Below are positions 9,308 through 16,797 of a DNA stretch of 64,000 nucleotides, piece after piece. Numbering within the stretch: the stretch's first letter is position 1; each line of letters opens with the position of its first letter. The position numbers and the translations under genes are program-made. The notes beneath the pieces were generated by a model, which saw only the letters and a program-made list of their open reading frames with translations, did no database searches and was not told where the DNA came from. Location: positions 4,567 to 68,566 of the forward strand of contig CBDAVP010000022.1 in the NCBI GenBank assembly GCA_965201075.1. Direction: 5' to 3'. This DNA is from Isosphaeraceae bacterium. GTDB lineage: Bacteria > Planctomycetota > Planctomycetia > Isosphaerales > Isosphaeraceae.

Positions 9308-11157
9308 GCGCCGCTTCCCCCCCCCGGAAAGTGGTCGTCATTGGGCTCGACGGCCTGGAACCGACGATCGTGGACGCAATGCTCGAAGCCGGGCAGTTGC
9401 CCCACCTCGCGCAAGTTGCCCAACGGGGGGGATATTCCCGGGTCGCCACCACGACCCCCGCTCAGACACCCGTCGCCTGGTCCACGTTCGCCACCGGGAC
9501 CAACCCCGGCGGTCACGGGATCTTCGACTTCCTCCGCCGCGACCCGGCCACCTACCGTCCCGACCTTGCCCTCAATACCTATGAGCAGAAGGGGGCCTGG
9601 CTGCCCCCTCGCGCGGTGAACCTTCGGCGCGGAACGCCAGTCTGGGACATCCTGGCCGCGTCGGGGATGGCCTCGACCATTCTGCGCTGCCCCTGCACCT
9701 ATCCGGCCCGCCTCGACCGCGGCCGAATGCTCTCGGGCATGGGCGTCCCCGACCTGCGAGGCGGCCTGGGCACGCCCACGGTGTACTCGGCCGACCCGAG
9801 CCTGGTGGCTCGGGAGTCGGAATCGGTCATGACGCTCGAACCGGGCGAGGGCTCGACCTTCAAAACCCGGCTGGTCGGCCCGCGGAACCCCAAGGACCGC
9901 TCGACCCTGTACCTCCCCATCGAGCTGCGACCCGGACCCGAGACCGATTCGATCGTCATCCGGTCGGACGGGTCGCCCCGGGAACTGGTCGTCCGCCAGG
10001 GCTGCTGGAGTGAGTGGCTTCGGGTCCGATTCCCCTCCGGTCTTCTCCAATCGGTCCGAGGGATGGTGCGTTTCTACCTGAACGCCGCCGGACCGCCCCC
10101 GCAACTCTACGCCTCGCCGATCAACTTTGATCCGGAGCACCCCCTCTTCCCGATCAGCGACCCGCCCCGCTACGCCCAGGAATTGACGGAGTCGCTCGGG
10201 ACGTTCCACACCACGGGCATGGTGGAGGACCACACCGGACTGAATAACGAGCGTATCGACGAGGCGGCGTTTCTGGACCAGTGCGAGGACGCCTGGGTCG
10301 AGCGCGAGGAGATGATGGCCCACGAACTCGCCCGGTTCTCGGAAGGGCTGTTTTACTGCCTGTTCGACACCCCCGACCGCGTCCAGCACATGTTCTGGCG
10401 GTTCCGGGAGCCCAACCACCCCGCCAACCGGGGACGCGAGACCTCGACAAGATGGGCGGGGGTCGTCGAGGACCAGTATCGCCGGGCCGACGCCGTCGTG
10501 GGCCGAGCCCTCTCGGCCATCGACGATCAAACGCTGCTGATCGTCCTGAGCGACCACGGCTTCGGCTCGTTCCGCCGGGGCGTCCACCTGAACTCCTGGC
10601 TCCGCGACCACGGCTACTTGACCCCTCGCGACAGCGCCGGACCGGACGACTTCCCCGGAGGTGTCGACTGGTCCCGAACGCGGGCCTACTCGGTGGGCCT
10701 GGGCGCCATCTACCTGAATCTCCGGGGACGCGAGGGTCAGGGGATCGTCGAGCCTCGCGACGCCAACGCCCTTGCCGCCGAAATCGCCGCGAACCTGACC
10801 GGGTTGAAAGACGACGCGCAGGGAACCGTGGCCGTCCGCAAGGTTCTCACCCGCGAACAGTTGTATCACGGGCCCCACGCCGCCGAGTCGCCCGACCTCG
10901 TGGTGGGGTTCTCGGCGGGATATCGGGCCTCCTGGGCGACGACCTTGGGAGGCGCGCCACCGGGGCTCTTCGAGGACAATGTCAAGAAGTGGGGCGGCGA
11001 CCACATCGTCGACCCCGAGTTGGTCCCCGGCGTGCTCCTGATGAACCGCCCGTTCCGGGGCGAGGGCGCGCGTCTGCTCGACCTGGCCCCCACGATCCTC
11101 GACGCCCTCGGGGTTGCCCCGGGGCCGGCCATGGAAGGGAGTTCGCTGCTCTCATGA
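9304..11157 (+). CDS. Alkaline phosphatase superfamily protein (type I phosphodiesterase/nucleotide pyrophosphatase-like)
   Basis: The 617-aa product has VVVIGLDGLEP at the N-terminus, a Thr nucleophile motif TTPAQTPVAWSTFATG, and SDHGF and GDH metal-site motifs. Confidence 0.85.
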   Translation: MSAASPPRKVVVIGLDGLEPTIVDAMLEAGQLPHLAQVAQRGGYSRVATTTPAQTPVAWSTFATGTNPGGHGIFDFLRRDPATYRPDLALNTYEQKGAWLPPRAVNLRRGTPVWDILAASGMASTILRCPCTYPARLDRGRMLSGMGVPDLRGGLGTPTVYSADPSLVARESESVMTLEPGEGSTFKTRLVGPRNPKDRSTLYLPIELRPGPETDSIVIRSDGSPRELVVRQGCWSEWLRVRFPSGLLQSVRGMVRFYLNAAGPPPQLYASPINFDPEHPLFPISDPPRYAQELTESLGTFHTTGMVEDHTGLNNERIDEAAFLDQCEDAWVEREEMMAHELARFSEGLFYCLFDTPDRVQHMFWRFREPNHPANRGRETSTRWAGVVEDQYRRADAVVGRALSAIDDQTLLIVLSDHGFGSFRRGVHLNSWLRDHGYLTPRDSAGPDDFPGGVDWSRTRAYSVGLGAIYLNLRGREGQGIVEPRDANALAAEIAANLTGLKDDAQGTVAVRKVLTREQLYHGPHAAESPDLVVGFSAGYRASWATTLGGAPPGLFEDNVKKWGGDHIVDPELVPGVLLMNRPFRGEGARLLDLAPTILDALGVAPGPAMEGSSLLS

Positions 11158-12620
11158 AACTCCTGGTGATCGGCCTGGACTGCGCCGCGCCCGAATTGCT
11201 GCTGGGCGACGAGCGGTTGACCAACCTCCGGCGGTTGATGGACGCCGGGTGTTACGGGCGGCTGGAAAGCGTCGTGCCACCCATCACCGTACCGGCCTGG
11301 ATGTGCCTGTCCACCGGGCAGGACCCCGGCTCGCTGGGCGTCTACGGGTTCCGCAACCGCAAGGACCACTCCTACGACGGCCTGGGCGTGGTCAACTCGC
11401 GGTCGATCGATGCCCTGACGATGTGGGACCAGGTCGCCCGCGAAGGAAAGCGGTCGGTGGTCATCGGCGTGCCACCGAACTACCCGCCGCGCAAGATCCA
11501 CGGAGTTTCGGTCGGCTGCTTCCTGACCCCCGATTCCTCCCGAGACGTCTACACCCACCCTCCCCAGGTCGCCGACACGATCCGCGAACTCGTCGGCGAC
11601 TATCCGGTCGACGTCAAAGGGTTCCGCACCGACGACAAGCAGTGGTTGCTGGACGAAATCCACGAGATGAGCCGCAAGCACTTCCAGGTCGTCCGGCACT
11701 TCCTGGCCCGAGACGACTGGGACTATTTCCAGTTCGTCGAGATCGGCCTCGACCGAATCCAGCACGGCTTCTGGCGCTATCACGACCCCGAGCACGTCCT
11801 CCACGAGCCGAATTCTCCCTTCGCCAACGCCATCCGCGACTACTACCGCTACCTCGACGAGGAAGTGGGGAGCCTGCTGGAACTCCTGCCCGCGGAGGCC
11901 AGCATCCTCGTCGCGTCGGACCACGGAGCCAAACGGCTCGACGGGGGATTCTGCGTCAATGAATGGTTGATCCGCGAACAACTCCTCGTGCTGAACGAAT
12001 ACCCAACCCAAATCACGCCATTCGCCAAACTCGACGTCGATTGGGAGCGTACCACCGCCTGGAGTGAGGGAGGGTATTACGCTCGCGTCTTCCTCAACGT
12101 CAAGGGGCGAGAACCGCGTGGCAAGGTCGATCCCGCCGCTTACGAGAGCGTACGGGACGACGTCCGGGCACGACTGGAGGCCACCAACGGGCCCGACGGC
12201 CGTCCCCTGGGAACCCTCGTGTTCAAGCCCGAGGAGATTTACCGGGAAACCCGGAATGTCGCCCCCGACCTGATCGCCCACTTTGGCGCCCTGGCGTGGA
12301 GGTCGGTGGGCGGGGTCGGCTATCCGTCGCTGCACGTCCGCGAAAACGACACCGGTCCCGACGACTGCAACCACGCCCAGCATGGAGCCTTCATCCTGGC
12401 CGGTCCCGGAGTTCCCCCAGCGGGCGAACTGGCCGGGGCCCACCTGCTCGACCTCGCCCCAACCTTGCTCCACCTGGCCGGATACGACGTCCCCTCGTCC
12501 ATGCAAGGACGCGACCTCCTGGCGGGACAAACCGCCGGCCCGTCGGATTCGCCCGCCCCTTCCGAGGAAGGCGACTCGATCGTTCAGGAACGACTGAGCG
12601 GCCTGGGCTATCTTGGCTGA
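11154..12620 (+). CDS. Alkaline phosphatase superfamily protein, paralogue of the upstream gene
   Basis: The start MKLLVIGLDCAAP overlaps the upstream stop (ATGA at 11154-11157). It has the Thr motif PPITVPAWMCLSTG and the SDHGA motif. The track ORF from 10281 is an Arg-rich out-of-context extension. Confidence 0.85.
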   Translation: MKLLVIGLDCAAPELLLGDERLTNLRRLMDAGCYGRLESVVPPITVPAWMCLSTGQDPGSLGVYGFRNRKDHSYDGLGVVNSRSIDALTMWDQVAREGKRSVVIGVPPNYPPRKIHGVSVGCFLTPDSSRDVYTHPPQVADTIRELVGDYPVDVKGFRTDDKQWLLDEIHEMSRKHFQVVRHFLARDDWDYFQFVEIGLDRIQHGFWRYHDPEHVLHEPNSPFANAIRDYYRYLDEEVGSLLELLPAEASILVASDHGAKRLDGGFCVNEWLIREQLLVLNEYPTQITPFAKLDVDWERTTAWSEGGYYARVFLNVKGREPRGKVDPAAYESVRDDVRARLEATNGPDGRPLGTLVFKPEEIYRETRNVAPDLIAHFGALAWRSVGGVGYPSLHVRENDTGPDDCNHAQHGAFILAGPGVPPAGELAGAHLLDLAPTLLHLAGYDVPSSMQGRDLLAGQTAGPSDSPAPSEEGDSIVQERLSGLGYLG

Positions 12621-12648
12621 GACCGGCCCCCCCCAAAAAAATCCATCA

Positions 12649-12654
12649 AGGAGG
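12649..12654 (+). promoter_or_regulatory. Shine-Dalgarno sequence for the sulfatase-like gene
   Basis: AGGAGG lies 8 nt upstream of the GTG start at 12663 and is preceded by a C8/A7 homopolymer pair. Confidence 0.5.
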
Positions 12655-12662
12655 ATCGCACG

Positions 12663-14609
12663 GTGGAAGTTTCCCCCCCATCCGTCACGGATCGGCGCGT
12701 CTCCGACGGGTCGACCATCGAGCCGAGTCCCCGTCCTCGAAGTTGGGCCAGGATCACTGGTTGCGGGTCGCTGATCGTCCTGGCGACCTGGTTCGGCCTT
12801 CTGACGGGCCTCCTGGAACTCGGGCTTTTGGTGGGTCAGCACTCGCTGAACGAGTCGACGATGCTCGGCTCGCTCCAGATGAATCGACATTACCACTGGA
12901 TGGTCCCAACCTCCCAGCTCCTCATCACCCTGGTCTTCAGCCTTCCCCTGATCTCGCTGGCGTTCTGGCGGCCGACGCTTGCGCTTCGACTGTTCCTGTT
13001 CTTCAACGGGACGGTCGCGACGTTTTCCCTCCTGAAGATGGTCCACGGGATGTACACGGGAGCCGCGGCGGTCCTTGCGGTGGGCGTCGGCTGGCAGTGT
13101 GCCCGCTGGCTTACCCCGCGCATGGGAGGATTGCGCAGGGTCGTCACCTGGACCCTGCCGGCGTTTGCCCTGGGATTGGTCGCGCTGGGGGCGTTCTCTT
13201 ATGACCGGCTGGTGCTGGAGGAGCGTCGAAGCCTGGCGGCCCTTCCCGCCCTGCCGACGGGCACGCCCAACGTCCTCTTGATCGTGTTGGACACCGTGAG
13301 GGCCGACCACCTGAGCGTCTACGGCTACTCTCGCGAAACGACGCCCAACCTGGAACGCCTGGCCCGGTCGGGAGTCGCGTTCTCGCAGGCCCGGTCGGCC
13401 GCTCCGTGGACGCTTCCCTCTCATGCCACGTTGTTCACCGGCCGCTGGCCAAGAGAGTTGGGGGTTGCCGCTGGCAAGACTCTCAACACGAAGGCTCCCA
13501 CGCTGGCCGAGGCGCTGACTGCTCGTGGGTACGCCACGGGAGGGTTCGTCGGCAACACGTACTTTTGTAACTCATGGTATGGGCTGGGGCGGGGTTTCGC
13601 TCACTATGAGGATTACTACGAGGAAAACGCGCTGGTCTCGCCCGACGAGGCCCTACGCTGCACCGCCCTGGGGCGTTGGCTGATTCAACTCGCCGGGTCG
13701 TCCTACAACGTCCGCCCCGGTGTCTCCAGCAACATGAAGGATGGCCAACGAGTCAACCGCGATTTCTTGAAATGGCGAGACGCGCATCCCGACCGGCCCT
13801 TCTTCGCCTTCCTGAACTACATCGAGGCCCACGATCCCTACCAGGTTCCCGAAGGCTTCAATCGCCACTTCGGCCTCAAGCCCGAGTCATCCGCCGACCT
13901 CGACTTGATCCGCGGCTGGCACTCCTGCGACAAAACCGATCTTGCCCCTCGCCAACTGGCCTTGGTTCGCGACGCATACGACGACTGCCTCTCCTCGCTG
14001 GACGAGCAGTTGGGTCGACTTTTCGAGGAGTTGCGCCAACGAAACCTGCTGGAAAAGACCCTCGTCATCGTGACGGCGGACCACGGCGAGCAACTCGGCG
14101 AGCGCGGCCTTTATGGCCACGGACAGAGCCTCTATCAGCAAGAGGTCCACGTCCCCTTGATCCTCGCCGGCCCCGGAATCCCCGCCACTGGCCAGTTGAT
14201 CCCCGAGCCCGTCAGCACCCGCGACGTCGCCGCGACGGTGGTCGATCGGCTCGGGATGGGGCAAACGTCCCCTTTCCCGGGTCGATCCCTGGGCCGTTTC
14301 TGGGACAACACAACCCGGACAGCGACCGCCGACGACGCGCTCATCTATTCGGAGACCGCGATCCGCCACCGGAATGCCAGCAAGGCCCGGCCCGGCGTCC
14401 CTCCGGCGCTGGGCGGCCCCGTCGACGCGATGGTCTGCCGCGGCCTGGTCTACATCCACGGACCGTTCGGTCGCGAGCAGGTGTACAACCTGGCCGCCGA
14501 TGGCACGGAGACTCACAACCTCGCGGGGACGCCCGAAGCGCATTCCGTCCAGGAAGAATGTCGAGCCTCGCTCAACCGACTCAAGACCGCAGCCCCCCTG
14601 CGTCGTTGA
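12663..14609 (+). CDS. Membrane-anchored sulfatase-like hydrolase/transferase (AP superfamily, Thr in place of the formylglycine Cys)
   Basis: The N-terminal part of about 190 aa has several TM helices. The following sulfatase-fold domain carries NVLLIVLDTVRADHL, WTLPSHATLFTG and VTADHGEQLGERG. Confidence 0.85.
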   Translation: MEVSPPSVTDRRVSDGSTIEPSPRPRSWARITGCGSLIVLATWFGLLTGLLELGLLVGQHSLNESTMLGSLQMNRHYHWMVPTSQLLITLVFSLPLISLAFWRPTLALRLFLFFNGTVATFSLLKMVHGMYTGAAAVLAVGVGWQCARWLTPRMGGLRRVVTWTLPAFALGLVALGAFSYDRLVLEERRSLAALPALPTGTPNVLLIVLDTVRADHLSVYGYSRETTPNLERLARSGVAFSQARSAAPWTLPSHATLFTGRWPRELGVAAGKTLNTKAPTLAEALTARGYATGGFVGNTYFCNSWYGLGRGFAHYEDYYEENALVSPDEALRCTALGRWLIQLAGSSYNVRPGVSSNMKDGQRVNRDFLKWRDAHPDRPFFAFLNYIEAHDPYQVPEGFNRHFGLKPESSADLDLIRGWHSCDKTDLAPRQLALVRDAYDDCLSSLDEQLGRLFEELRQRNLLEKTLVIVTADHGEQLGERGLYGHGQSLYQQEVHVPLILAGPGIPATGQLIPEPVSTRDVAATVVDRLGMGQTSPFPGRSLGRFWDNTTRTATADDALIYSETAIRHRNASKARPGVPPALGGPVDAMVCRGLVYIHGPFGREQVYNLAADGTETHNLAGTPEAHSVQEECRASLNRLKTAAPLRR

Positions 14610-14666
14610 GCGGTCAACCGCCCTTCTCGACCCAGCGATATCCGTCCCAGGAGCTCGCCCCGCCGA

Positions 14667-15986
14667 TCATTTCCTCATTTCGGGGAGATGCTCGGCCATC
14701 CAGTCGAGGTAAACGGAAAACCGTCGGTTGACCCGTTCGGCGTCAAGGCCGAACTGTTCCAGGCTGTAGCGGTGGACCCCATGCTTGTGCTGAGGGTTGT
14801 TCGCGAGCCAGGCTCGCATCCGATTCTCGTACTCGTCGCCGCACTCGTAGCCGAAATGCTGGCAAACCGACTTCGCCGTCCCCACCGGGTCCGCCTTGAG
14901 CCGAGGGTAGGGGACGTCGAAAAATCGCTTCGGGTCGCTCCGCTGACGGGTGGCGATCGTCCGCTCCGGCCCGACCGCCAGCGCTTCGTTCAACTCCGAG
15001 CCCAGCAACGACATGTCCAGCCTCTCGCAAGAAATCCCCCGCATTGACGCCGCCAGGCTGCAAATCGAGGGCAGGAATTCCAGCGGGTTGCGGTGGGTCA
15101 CCACGATGTTCGCGTCGGGGAAAACCGTCAGCAGGGCATCCAGCGCGAACTGATGTGCCGGGGCCTTGAGAATCCAGTGATCCCCACGGCACTTCCAGGA
15201 AAGAAGCTGAAGCTGGCGGCGGAGGTAACGATAGGGGTCCACCAACTCCTGAAGGTCCAGCCATTCCACGTACAGCGGCACGTCGAACATGAACCCGTAA
15301 ATGGCCGCCACGAACCCGTTGGCGAACAGATCATTGCACTCCTCGGGCTCCTCGGCGCCGAAGAAGTGGACCGACGCCATCCGGGGAGCCAGTCGGTGCA
15401 GGCCCTCAAGAGTCTTGCGAGTCTTGTTGATCCGCGGATCGGTCCGATACGTCTCGGTCCGGGGCGGAGGGGACGGCTCCAGGCATTCCCAGGTCAGCAA
15501 GGTCCGGCCGTTGGGGTCTTCCGAGAGCAGTCGCTGAAGCAGGGTGGTCCCACTACGCGGCATCCCAGTCACGAACAGCGGACGGGTGATGGGAACGTCG
15601 AGAATCTCGGGATGACGCTTGAGGTCTTCCTGGATCTTCAGACGATTGACCAGATGCGTGGTCAGGTATTCTCGGAAAAAGATCCGGCCCAGGGTGTGCG
15701 AGTTCGCCCGTTCCTCGAAGGCCCGGACCAGAACCCGCAGCCCTTCGAGAAACTGGGGATCGCCCCAGTCGTCCAGGCCGGTCCGCCGCTGGGCGCTGGC
15801 CAGCATCGCCTCGGGGTCGATCCGGGGAATCCGTCGCCCGAATACCCGAGGAATCGCACCGACCGCATTGATCACGCGGGCCCAGGGCGACTGATAACTG
15901 TCCTCCCAACGGGGAGGCGCCGCCAAGGCCACCGCCCGGGCTCTGCGCTCGGCCGCAGTGCCACTTCCAGTCGCCATCACGCTCAT
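14667..15986 (-). CDS. Sulfotransferase family protein
   Basis: It has a PAPS 5'-phosphosulfate-binding loop, GMPRSGTTLLQRLL. Length and layout are typical of Sulfotransfer_3-type enzymes. Confidence 0.85.
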   Translation of the reverse strand: MSVMATGSGTAAERRARAVALAAPPRWEDSYQSPWARVINAVGAIPRVFGRRIPRIDPEAMLASAQRRTGLDDWGDPQFLEGLRVLVRAFEERANSHTLGRIFFREYLTTHLVNRLKIQEDLKRHPEILDVPITRPLFVTGMPRSGTTLLQRLLSEDPNGRTLLTWECLEPSPPPRTETYRTDPRINKTRKTLEGLHRLAPRMASVHFFGAEEPEECNDLFANGFVAAIYGFMFDVPLYVEWLDLQELVDPYRYLRRQLQLLSWKCRGDHWILKAPAHQFALDALLTVFPDANIVVTHRNPLEFLPSICSLAASMRGISCERLDMSLLGSELNEALAVGPERTIATRQRSDPKRFFDVPYPRLKADPVGTAKSVCQHFGYECGDEYENRMRAWLANNPQHKHGVHRYSLEQFGLDAERVNRRFSVYLDWMAEHLPEMRK

Positions 15987-16042
15987 CCCTGGTGTCGCCT
16001 CACGGCTGGGCGTTCAGTGGTGGTCCCGTTGCGGCCCATCGG

Positions 16043-16088
16043 CAATAAAAGCTCGCGGCCCTCGGGAAGATCCCGGGACCGCGAGCTT
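16043..16088 (-). terminator. Intrinsic terminator downstream of the HU gene
   Basis: On the minus strand AAGCTCGCGGTCCCGGGA...TCCCGAGGGCCGCGAGCTT forms a long GC-rich hairpin. It is followed by TTTTATT, 25 nt after the HU stop. Confidence 0.55.
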
Positions 16089-16112
16089 GCATGATTCCGC
16101 GAGGAACCTAGC

Positions 16113-16505
16113 TCAAACGGCGTCCTTCAGCGACTTCAACGGCTGGGCCTTGATGACGCGGCGGGCCGGCTTGGCCTTGATCGTCATCATCGCGCCGGGG
16201 TTGAAGGGGCTGGGGACCTGCTTCTCCTTGCTAGCCTTCTTGTCGACGACCTTGAGCTTCAACAGGCCGGGGATGATGAAGAGGCCGGGGCCCTTCTTGC
16301 CCAGTTCCTTGGTGATGAGCTCGCCCATCGCCTCGAACAGGGTTGAAACGTCCTTCTTGCTCAGGCCAGTCTTCTCGGCGAGGGCCGTGTAGACTTCGGC
16401 CTTGGTGGCGGACTTCACCCGCGAGGCCGCTTTTTTCGCCGGGGCGGCGGGGGGGGGAACCGGGGCCGCCTTGGCGGCGGCTTTAGGAGCGGCTTTCTTG
16501 GCCAT
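16113..16505 (-). CDS. HU-family DNA-binding protein with a Lys/Ala/Pro-rich N-terminal extension
   Basis: The HU core is KAEVYTALAEKTGLSKKDVSTLFEAMGELITKEL...PGAMMTIKAKPARRVIKAQPLKSLK. It is preceded by MAKKAAPKAAAKAAPVPPPAAPAKKAA. Confidence 0.9.
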   Translation of the reverse strand: MAKKAAPKAAAKAAPVPPPAAPAKKAASRVKSATKAEVYTALAEKTGLSKKDVSTLFEAMGELITKELGKKGPGLFIIPGLLKLKVVDKKASKEKQVPSPFNPGAMMTIKAKPARRVIKAQPLKSLKDAV

Positions 16506-16797
16506 CGGGCGTCGGCCTCCTCAACAGAAACGTCACCGGCGTCGGCAACCCACGAGACGGCTCCCTCTCGACACCGAGAGGGATGGCCGACGTCGCTGCC
16601 GAACCAGATCGTCTGGGATGCCGGAAATATACAGGGAAATCCGGGGGTTTTCAGCGTGAACCCTGAATTTTCCCGCGATTTTCCAGGATTTTTTGGCATT
16701 TGGGGCGAAATCCCAGGCCATTCGCCCGAAATCTCGCCCCAAAGCCCTCGGTTTCGCCGCGTTTTCGCCACAACCGTCCGGCCAACCCACCACGGTG

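Noticed and set aside
10281-11153. The 5' extension of the second AP-superfamily ORF (the track start at 10281)
   Set aside because: The extension is an Arg/Pro-rich reading of the upstream gene in another frame. The conserved N-terminus MKLLVIGLDCAAP starts at 11154 with an ATGA overlap.
9262-13424. Long minus-strand ORFs 9262..11004 (580 aa) and 10866..13424 (852 aa)
   Set aside because: They are antisense to three clearly homologous + strand genes (AP-superfamily and sulfatase-like). Their products are Arg/Gly/Pro/Asp-rich with no motifs. These are typical shadow ORFs of high-GC DNA.
16600-16760. AT-richer patches with GGAAAT/GATTTTCC-type half-palindromes upstream of the HU gene, considered as promoter or operator sites
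   Set aside because: The location is plausible, but I could not define convincing -35/-10 elements or a clean inverted repeat, so it is not reported as a feature.
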